A stretch of 64,000 nucleotides of DNA from Takakia lepidozioides (Eukaryota; Plantae; Bryophyta), in the NCBI GenBank assembly GCA_030704615.1, contig CM060731.1:57102001-57166000 (forward strand), written 5' to 3'. Positions 37,601 through 47,324 of this stretch are shown here, piece by piece. The notes beneath the pieces were generated by a model, which searched no databases, was not told where the DNA came from, and saw only the letters and a program-made list of their open reading frames with translations. Numbering within the stretch: the first letter of the stretch is position 1; each line of letters begins with the position of its first letter. Made by a program: the position numbers and the translations under genes.

Positions 37601-40600
37601 ACTGCCAGCTCAGACAGTGTGCGGCAACGCACACTGTTTGAGCTGAGCATTTCAATGTTTCTGGATGCAAAATTTGGACTTCAGGGGCACCTGTGTGAGT
37701 GTGAAATGAACCCTTCACTGCCAGCTCAGACAGTGTGCGGCAACGCACACTGTTTGAGCTGAGCATTTCAATGTTTCTGGGTGAAATATTTGGACTTCAG
37801 GGGCACCTGTGTGAGTGTGAAAAGAACCCTTCACTGCCAGCTCAGACAGTGTGCGGCAACGCACACTGTTTGAGCTGAGCATTTCAATGTTTCTGGATGC
37901 AAATTTGGACTTCAGGGGCACCTGTGAGTGTGAAATGAACCCTTCACTGCCAGCTCAGACAGTGTGCGGCAACGCACACTGTTTGAGCTGAGCATTTCAA
38001 TGTTTCTGGGTGAAAATTTGGACTTCAGGGGCACCTGTGTGAGTGTGAAAAGAACCCTTCACTGCCAGCCCAGACAGTGTGCGGCAACGCACACTGTTTG
38101 AGCTGAGCATTTCAATGTTTCTGGATGCAAAATTTGGACTTCAGGGGCACCTGTGTGAGTGTGAAATGAACCCTTCACTGCCAGCTCAGACAGTGTGCGG
38201 CAACGCACACTGTTTGAGCTGAGCATTTCAATGTTTCTGGGTGAAATATTTGGACTTCAGGGGCACCTGTGTGAGTGTGAAAAGAACCCTTCACTGCCAG
38301 CTCAGACAGTGTGCGGCAACGCACACTGTTTGAGCTGAGCATTTCAATGTTTCTGGGTGCAAAATTTGGACTTCAGGGGCACCTGTGTGAGTGTGAAATG
38401 AACCCTTCACTGCCAGCTCAGACAGTGTGCGGCAACGCACACTGTTTGAGCTGAGCATTTCAATGTTTCTGGGTGAAATATTTGGACTTCAGGGGCACCT
38501 GTGTGAGTGTGAAAAGAACCCTTCACTGCCAGCTCAGACAGTGTGCGGCAACGCACACTGTTTGAGCTGAGCATTTCAATGTTTCTGGGTGCAAAATTTG
38601 GACTTCAGGGGCACCTGTGTGAGTGTGAAATGAACCCTTCACTGCCAGCTCAGACAGTGTGCGGCAACGCACACTGTTTGAGCTGAGCATTTCAATGTTT
38701 CTGGGTGAAATATTTGGACTTCAGGGGCACCTGTGTGAGTGTGAAAAGAACCCTTCACTGCCAGCCAGACAGTGTGCGGCAACGCACACTGTTTGAGCTG
38801 AGCATTTCAATGTTTCTGGTGCAAAATTTGGACTTCAGGGGCACCTGTGTGAGTGTGAAATGAACCCTTCACTGCCAGCTCAGACAGTGTGCGGCAACGC
38901 ACACTGTTTGAGCTGAGCATTTCAATGTTTCTGGGTGAAATATTTGGACTTCAGGGGCACCTGTGTGAGTGTGAAAGAACCCTTCACTGCCAGCTCAGAC
39001 AGTGTGCGGCAACGCACACTGTTTGAGCTGAGCATTTCAATGTTTCTGGATGCAAAATTTGGACTTCAGGGGCACCTGTGTGAGTGTGAAATGAACCCTT
39101 CACTGCCAGCTCAGACAGTGTGCGGCAACGCACACTGTTTGAGCTGAGCATTTCAATGTTTCTGGATGCAAAATTGGACTTCAGGGGCACCTGTGTGAGT
39201 GTGAAAAGAACCCTTCACTGCCAGCCCAGACAGTGTGCGGCAACGCACACTGTTTGAGCTGAGCATTTCAATGTTTCTGGGTGAAATATTTGGACTTCAG
39301 GGGCACCTGTGTGAGTGTGAAATGAACCCTTCACTGCCAGCTCAGACAGTGTGCGGCAACGCACACTGTTTGAGCTGAGCATTTCAATGTTTCTGGGTGA
39401 AATATTTGGACTTCAGGGGCACCTGTGTGAGTGTGAAAAGAACCCTTCACTGCCAGCTCAGACAGTGTGCGGCAACGCACACTGTTTGAGCTGAGCATTT
39501 CAATGTTTCTGGGTGAAATATTTGGACTTCAGGGGCACCTGTGTGAGTGTGAAATGAACCCTTCACTGCCAGCTCAGACAGTGTGCGGCAACGCACACTG
39601 TTTGAGCTGAGCATTTCAATGTTTCTGGATGCAAAATTTGGACTTCAGGGGCACCTGTGTGAGTGTGAAATGAACCCTTCACTGCCAGCTCAGACAGTGT
39701 GCGGCAACGCACACTGTTTGAGCTGAGCATTTCAATGTTTCTGTGTGCAAAATTTGGACTTCAGGGGCACCTGTGTGAGTGTGAAATGAACCCTTCACTG
39801 CCAGCCCAGACAGTGTGCGGCAACGCACACTGTTTGAGCTGAGCATTTCAATGTTTCTGGGTGCAAAATTTGGACTTCATGGGCACATTTTTGAGTATAA
39901 AATGAACCCTTCACTGTCAGCTCAAACAGTCTGCGGAACCGCACACTGTGTAGGCAGAACATATGAATATGGAAGGGCGCAACTTTCGGCCCTCATGGGC
40001 AGATATTTGAGCAGAACTTTTCAATGTTCTTTCCCTGTGTAAATCGGGAACATAGTGCATGTCCGTGAGGATCAATGAACACTTATCTGGCAGCTCAAAG
40101 AACACTTCCCTTTTTATCCCACTTTTTCATGCATCGGTCGACGTTTCATTCCTCTCTTATAAGAATTTGAGTGAACAACCTTGCAGGGGAAAATGCAAAG
40201 TGTGGCGGATGAGGTCCCTCAGGGTCAGGGGAAGGAGACCAAAGATGATGTTGACGATGAGTTTTATGAAAGCAAAGCCGCTGAGATGCTGGGGGGTCAA
40301 AAGGTGAACTCTCAGCTTGTGGTTCAAAGTATGCTTGCTCCTGGTGGGAGGTTGAAGATTCCCCTGTGTAGGTTGGTTTCCATGCCCGTCGTTCGTCCAC
40401 CCCTTGTCAAAGACATTCTCAAGCTGGAGGCCGAGTTTGTTCATGGGTATTTGGATGGATCCGCGGTCTTTTACGTTTCTACTAGGGATTCAAGAGGTAA
40501 CGAGCTCCTTGTTGATGAGTCAATCGTCGACTCCTGGGACCCCATTTGGAGACAGGTGAACGAATCCTTCGAACTTCTTCTCTCCAGAAAACCTTCCACC

Positions 40601-43600
40601 CAGGTATTCTCGGGGAAGATGTTTCACGTTTGGGATGGCAACCACCGGTTGCTTGCATGGATGGCTGTCATTGGGAGGCTGCACTCACAGGAGGAAGAGT
40701 GGCATTACTCTGTTCGATCGATGGTGCTTGATTGTGACGACAACATGATGGGTCTTCTGACGGCAATGAATGATGTGAACAGGTTGGTTTCTCATTGTAC
40801 ACGTTGCACTTCTGGTTCCGTTCTTCCTTGATTGAAGTCCTTGAATTACATTCTGAAATTCAGATATCATTCTGCAGAGGGACGGAGACATCGCATGTCA
40901 AAACGAGTCTGGTTCACACACTGTATAGGATACAAAGGATCGGGCAGATGCCCTTGACCAACTTCAAGACCATCCTTTCGGCAGAGATGTATAAGAAATG
41001 CGAAAGCTCCAAGACTTCGGAAACATGGTACTCGTTGACCCGTGAGGCTTTCATGGAGTACATGTACACGGTGAGATACATCTTCCTTCATCTGGCCTTT
41101 CCATATTCCTGCTTCCACATGTTTGTTTCTCTCTGTCTCCCTTGACCTTGGATTGATGCAACTCTCTTGCATTCCCTTGCAGCAAGACATTGCAGATGCA
41201 GGGGAGCGTGGCAAACTGGAATACTACAGCTCTACCCCTGAGGAGAGAAGGACAGCAAAGGGAGTTGAAAGTCACATCCAGAAGGAGATGAACGCTACAA
41301 GAAGGACAATAATGAGTGCTTTTGTGAAGCAGTTGAGAATGGCCGACCCATCATTCGGGCCGCAGTTTCTGCTGGAGATAAAAAACCATTATAACAAGCC
41401 AGGCAAGCCGGAGATGGCCCAGGAGAAGTTGCACAGGTTGTCTACCGCCGTCGTGTCTTCTGAACAGAAGGTGAAGTGGCTGCAGATATGGAACTCCGAT
41501 CCCACAGTTAGGGATACCCACATGTTCCCAAGGCCAGAGAAGGAGAAGAAGACCCAGCGTGTCGTTCCTGTCAGTGACAATGTGCTGGACAACTGGCTTC
41601 ACAAGGCCACTTACTGGAGCCAGGTGTGATGTCCTCTCGTATCTCACTTTCTTTTCTCTTTTCCTGTCCTTCTCTTCCCATTGCCTCTTACATTCGCTGT
41701 GACTGTTTTTGGGTTCATTCTTCCATTTCAATTTTTTTGCAGTTGGAAGAAAGGGCCCGATCGGTTCTGCATACTCAGCTGGCTGACTATGGCATCACTA
41801 TGACAGCTCCGAAGGTCTCCTTCGAAGCATACATGAGGAAATGGAGAGCCACAGTGTGGCACTCTGGTTTCTTTAGAGAGTTCAGCAAGGAGGGTGGCAT
41901 CAGTCGAACAAATGAGCTTGACCAGCAGGAAAAAGGAGAGGAAGCCTGGAAACGATGCCTTTACAGGTGCACACCCTTGCACTCTTTGCTTGTGTTGTGG
42001 TTGCAATGTGTTGTGTGGCATACTGTTTAAGGGGGTCTTCCTGGTGTGTTGAAAAAGCTGGGACACAATATGTGCATTGGATAATGAGGCTGTGTCTGTT
42101 CGTGCAGGTACATTAAGTTTGTTCTCCTGGAAGAGAATTGCTTGGACAAACATCCAGATTTCGTGGACCTTTGGCTTGTCCCTGCTGGCAACCAGACCAT
42201 GTTCACTGCTGGGATCTTGCATGACTGGGGTCCGGACCATCTTTCTTCTTGTGGTTGGTATTTGGATTGCCCTCCTTCAGAGACCCCAGCTGTAGAGTTG
42301 TCTTTGAGGAGAGAGAATGACCGTATTGCAGCCACTGCCGCAGCAGCGGACCTCGACATTCATGAGCGTAATCTGAGGACTCTTGCAGAGAAGGAGCCTC
42401 CCGCTCAGGATACCCCGGGTAGAGGAAGAAAGGCAAAGGGAAAAGATGTTGCTGGTGTTGTGGGGACGGGAAGGGGTAGAGGGAAGGTGGCACAAGGGCA
42501 GGGAAGTGTTGCAGCTATTGGCCCTGTGGAGCATGTCCAGCAGACTCCACCGCATGGTAGGGGATCCGGGAGAAAAAACAAGGGTGTGGTTGATCCCAAG
42601 GACCCGTACCATGCAGTGGAACATCCCACGAGGGTCATTCGTCCAACCAGGTTGGAGATTGCCAACGTCGGGTTCCTTGCCATGATGGAGTCGAAGAAAT
42701 CTGATTACAAGGGCGAGCCATCACCAGTGTGGGAGAGGATTGTCGAGTTCCTCAGCACGGTGCGTGTTCTCTTTGGGTTCTGTGGCTTCTGCTCTCTTTG
42801 TCTGCTGTGGGCATGGATCGTTTATAAACTTGTCAGAATTCCATTGTATTTTTGTTTGCAGGCTAAAATGACCAAATCGTGGGTGAACGGGAAGGAGAAG
42901 CCATATGCAGCGGAACTCATCATCTTGGACATCCCTGATGGGTTGGCAGTCCCGGATATCCCACCATCGGGTGCTTGTCCGGGTTGGAATGCATTTGATG
43001 AGCGCTACTGGCGGTGGGTTTTTTCCTTTTGCAACTTCTTCCTTTCCGATGCAGGTGTTTTGGTTCTCATCCAGTCCATCGATGTTCGGTGTCGCCGTGC
43101 CCTTGCCAGCTATTTGAAAGCCTCGGGCATGAGAGTCCTGAAGACATGGAATTGTGTGAACAGCATGTACCTTACGAAGGGGGATCGTCCGGGAGAGATG
43201 GTGAGTTTCCCTTCTTCTTCCTCTTCTTTTTTGTTCTGGGATTGTGTTGTGTAGGTCGCTCAAACTCATATGTAGGGGCCCGATTTTATTTTGGTTCTTA
43301 GTTCCTTCTGGATGTCATGTTCGCAGACTCGTCTGTTTGAAGCTGTTTGTCTCGTCCGGGTGCATCCACCAACGACTCCGGCCGGCATTACGGAGTTTGC
43401 CATCACTCACGGGGGCAAGTTCATAGATGACAGGACAGATCCTCCCACGGATGACATGCATCACAACTACGTCGACAGCAACGTGTGCTTGCGAAGGGGG
43501 AATGGGGTTCCTTGGAGAGGGGCGAGGGAGAGGAGCCCGGCTTTCATTCAAACGATTGTGGAGTGCTGCACCTACACAGACGCCAGAGTTCTGGATTTGT

Positions 43601-43922
43601 CGATGGGCACAGGTTCGTCCCTTCAACATTCACATTTCATGAGGTTTGATTGAGCTTGCACTTTCAGCACTTTCCACCGTTCCGAATGTGTCTTCAATGT
43701 CTGCTTACTTCATTCTATTCCACTGCAGGTGCTTCGTACCACGCTTGCAAGGCCAGTGCGCGACATGTCTTTGGGATTGAAGGGGATGCTGAGATTTACA
43801 AGAACCTCCTGATGGGTTTGGGTGGACACACTTCTCAGGTCCTTCCGAAGCCCCGTCCCGCTGATACTGGTACAGAGGAGACTTCTGACAAGGAGCTGGA
43901 CTCCGACTTTGCCTGTGAGTAA
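34635..43922 (+). CDS. Spliced ParB/Srx-like domain + beta-class N4C/N6A DNA methyltransferase-like fusion protein
   Basis: Exons 40187-40782, 40878-41070, 41183-41623, 41743-41966, 42108-42759, 42862-43200, 43327-43612 and 43729-43922 all have GT-AG introns in phase. They total 2925 nt, giving 974 aa with no internal stop. ParB-like: LKIPLCRLVSMPVVRP..DILKLEAEFVHGY...FHVWDGNHRLLAW. MTase motifs in beta order: IILDIPDG (IV), LSDAGVLVL (VI), ERSPAFIQTIVECCT (X), VLDLSMGTGAS (I), RHVFGIEGD (II). A putative acidic exon 1 at 34635-34944 needs a frameshift and is less certain. Confidence 0.8.
35020..39950. repeat. Tandem array of about 42-43 x 116-bp units, each with a 40-bp palindrome
   Basis: Unit CCTTCACTGC-CAGCTCAGACAGTGTGCG-GCAA-CGCACACTGTTTGAGCTG-AGCATTTCAATGTTTCTGGGTGCAAAATTTGGACTTCAGGGGCACCTGTGTGAGTGTGAAATGAAC. 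Highly homogeneous centre with degenerate edge copies. Copy number is estimated from span divided by period. Confidence 0.97.
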
Positions 43923-44763
43923 GTTGAACCTGTGCATGCTTGCATTGTTGTTTCATTATCGAGAATCGCTGTTCTTGAGGCAAAGTGCAAATGAGAGACA
44001 TTCTCTTCGTTGGACTTGTGCATTGCATCATTGTGTTAAAAATGGAATTTTGTGGACATGTGTAGGAGTCCGCGTGCTTCCACTTGCCCTCCTGGGCTAT
44101 CACACCTATTTGGACTTGTTTTCAGTCCTCCTCGGTCTTGTGTGCTACCTGTCTATGCGGAGGCACTCGCAGCAAGCATGTCCGTTCATGGCACTCAGAG
44201 TCCACCTTGCGATGGCCTTCGTAGAACACGTGGTGTTGGGGCCAGAATCTTTGTAGATGACATAGCACAGGAGGTGGACATTGATTGTGATGACTGCGAC
44301 ACTTGATATGAAGTATTCTTTTGGTTTAATTCTGGGACAAATTTGAAATGGGATGGTTGTGTGTCCTTATTGTCCTCTTTGCAATGTGTGCATGGAATTC
44401 ACATTCATGGTTCCAAACTATTGTTGGAGATGGGGGTTGCATGGACTGCCCGGATTGTTCCTTCAATATATTTGTTGTTTTGTGGACCTCACAGACTTGA
44501 GTACATTGCAAAAACAAACAAACCACTTTGTTCTCAATTCTCAATTCTCCCCACATCAACCCGCGGAAATAGGTGACCCCACTCGGAAATAGGTGACATC
44601 CGCGGAAATAGGCACTGTTTGCATGCTGACGTGGCGTGAGCCTGTGCTGGGCTCACGCTTTCCTGGGCTCACAGGCTCACGCCTCCAGGCTCACGGAATA
44701 GCACCCCCCTTTTAAGGGGGGTTTTCTCCCTATGCCTTTGATTTCTTGTGCACTATTCATGGT

Positions 44764-45613
44764 CACTACAACAGATCGCGGTATTTATGACTGTATATAT
44801 GACTATTGTGCAGTCATAAACGGTACATATGACTTCTATGACTGTAAGTCATGCAAACCAAGTCAATACAATGAGTACAGGATGGTACGGTCCGGATGAC
44901 TACAGTCATATGAACCAAGTGATATCTCTCACTGCAGTCATATATACCATACTGCAGTCGCCGCTGCCGCGCCACATGGCAAGGCGCAATTGATTTAAAA
45001 AATTTAAAATAAATTAATAAAACTGAAAAAATAAAAACATATGTCCAACGCCGCGTCACACCGCATTGTGCCACGTGGCATAATGCATTTTATAATAATG
45101 AAAAAAACCACGTGGCAGTCCATCTAGGGTACCACGTGCTATCCCTAGCTCGCCTACTAACCCTAAGGCCATCTTATCCATTTGATTGTACTTAGAGGAG
45201 TTTGAACCTGCAACATCTTTACTATAAGAGTTATAGTTCACTACCTGTTAACCAATACACCCATTAGTCATTCATATGATCATATGGTGTTTTAATTGTA
45301 TTATACACACCAAATTATAAAATCCCCAGTAGTCATCATGACTATGTAACCTCATCCATGTACACTGTAGTCATGGAAATGACTATGAATGGTGAGCTAA
45401 ATCTGGTCAATTTCCGTTGACCAGCCTTCCGCCCATTCCAGAGCCATGTAGTCATACAGACGACTATTCAGATAGTTGTTCATATGACTACAGTTGTATG
45501 AACGACTTCGGGAGGTCAATTTTATATAAAAACATGGTGCAGTCATGGTCAAAGTCATGAAAACCATGACTACCACGGTTTGGCAGTCATAACTACCGCG
45601 ATCTGTTGTAGTG
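44764..45613. mobile_element. Non-autonomous CACTA (En/Spm) element, 850 bp
   Basis: TIR CACTACAACAGATCGCGGTA / TACCGCGATCTGTTGTAGTG; 3-bp TSD GGT; subterminal ATGACTA repeats. Confidence 0.92.
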
Positions 45614-47324
45614 GGTGTTCTTCTTGCATGGGAATGAGGGCGTGTTTTAGCAAAGAATAAGAAATGGTTGGAACCATTGGATAGGCCCCAGTGAGGCCAT
45701 CAGTTTGATATATATTTCGGGGTTTGTGAAAGCACAACTCACAGGTGGATGCCACAGGCAGAGAGAGAGAGCCTAGAGACAGGGAGGAGAGAATCCCTGG
45801 TGGGGGTTTCACAAGGTAGAAGATGAAATGTTTCAACTTCGTTCTAGGCTGGTTGTCTGCATAAATTAATCAGATTATATTGGAAGTAGGTGGAAGAGGC
45901 GCAGGGAATGGACCCTGGGACCCACTGAATGTTTAATCATTGTTTACACACTAGGGTGGCGAACAGATGAGAAACTGATGGGCGGCAAATTTCATTCATC
46001 CTGGCCCAGTGATGGTTTAAATTGCTAATGCGTTCTTGATTGGTTTGGTATAGGAATTTAGAGGCGCTCCCAAGTGGAGAGCGGTTCCCCAATGCTCCCG
46101 ACATAAAGGGCGTTCCCCTGGTACCTTGAGGGTAATTTAATTAGCTCCAGCATCATATGATGATTCTCTATTTCTACGAATTTCATGCATTTGTAGGAAT
46201 ATTTTAATGATTTGTACTTTATTATTTAGCACGGTAATTCGCCTTTATTAAGGGATTTTATCCGGACCCCCTTAACTTAAAAACGGAATTTTTTAGGGCG
46301 GTATCGCCCCCTTCCGCCGAGGATATTTGAAGTCAAGTACCCGGGCGCTGGGGGGCCTTGGGCCAAGGAACGGCCATTGTTTTATTAGATCTCGGGAATT
46401 ACCTAGAGGTTTGAATTGTTATTATTCACCCGATGGACTGACCATTGAGGTTGGATCGCTCTAAGCAAGAGAGACTGACTTGGGATCTGGTCCCTTCCTA
46501 GGAGGTAGGACACTAATCCACCTCGGGATTTACGGGGGGGGGGCATTGGGCGGGAGATAGATGATCCCCGTGTCCCTGGGCTTGGGATTCATTTTGTGAA
46601 GGGATTTGAAGGTTCGTCCCGGCTATAAGCATGTTGGGAGTCCAAGCATGTAGGAAGTAGTAATAAACAAAGACTTGGAAGGCAATTACGATTAAAGACG
46701 TAGAAAACCCATAAACAAAACGTAGGACTAGGAAACGCAAATCGCCCTGTGAAGTGGAGTTGTTAAGCTTTGTTTTGCCGGTAGGAAGTTAGACTGTTTA
46801 GAGTCCATAGCTGCCACGGACCCCTGCACTTACCGCAGCCGGGTAGACGGTTCGTTGAGCCCAACCTTCACCGCAACTTGCCACGACCCCCCTAGGCTAG
46901 TATGCCGTCACCTTGGGCCGCGCACTCGTCCTCCCCCACGCCGTGGATCCCCTCATCCCACCCACGGCTCGATCCCCCAAGCCGTTGTCGTGCGACGAAC
47001 GTCTTGCATACAATGCGTACATGGGGTTTTCTTCTTCTCTTCTTCTTCTTGTTGTTCTTCTTTGGGGGATCACTCCCGCAATGGATGGGGGAATCAACCC
47101 TGTTGCGGGATCGCGCCTGGATGGGATAATGGGATCGACGACGGGGGGAGCGCCACGTGGCATGTCAGTGTCATCGGCCCTTCACCTGGCCGTCGTCCAT
47201 CCCCTGCGTGGGAAGATGGCGGGGGGTGAGGGGCGGATGACCCACAACATCCATTGTTTGGAGGTTGGATGGATGCGTAGGGGATCGACTGTTCGGGGGA
47301 GCAGCACGTGGCGGGCGATTAGAG

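Larger units (their letters stand above)
29707..44709. mobile_element. Complete 15,003-bp Mutator-like element carrying a ParB-methyltransferase gene and an internal satellite
   Basis: 9-bp TSD TTTTAAGGG at 29698-29706 and 44710-44718. Both ends read N7-GCTA-N3-CGTGAGC (left CAGCGTAGCTACGGCGTGAGC; right, reverse complement, GGGGGGTGCTATTCCGTGAGC). Subterminal CGTGAGC clusters; MULE transposase inside. Confidence 0.92.

Noticed and set aside
35020-39950. CRISPR array (palindromic repeats at regular spacing)
   Set aside because: The inter-palindrome segments are near-identical rather than unique spacers, there are no cas genes, and the context is eukaryotic.
34860-40042. Many short ORFs (MLSSNSVRCRTL..., MRQRTLFEL...)
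   Set aside because: Translations of a 116-bp unit that is not a multiple of 3; artefacts.
44703-44722. Perfect hairpin ACCCCCCTT-TT-AAGGGGGGT as a terminator or Helitron-like end
   Set aside because: It spans the element end, the TSD and the flank, so it is best explained as a junction coincidence.
45190-45262. tRNA-like A/B boxes on the minus strand inside the CACTA element
   Set aside because: Too degenerate and no cloverleaf; not a functional tRNA gene.
29061-45813. Possible solo LTR of about 0.9 kb (TGTGAAGCCCC...GGGGTTTCACA) hosting the MULE and the CACTA element
   Set aside because: The termini are inverted, but there is no 4-6 bp TSD, PBS or PPT to confirm it.
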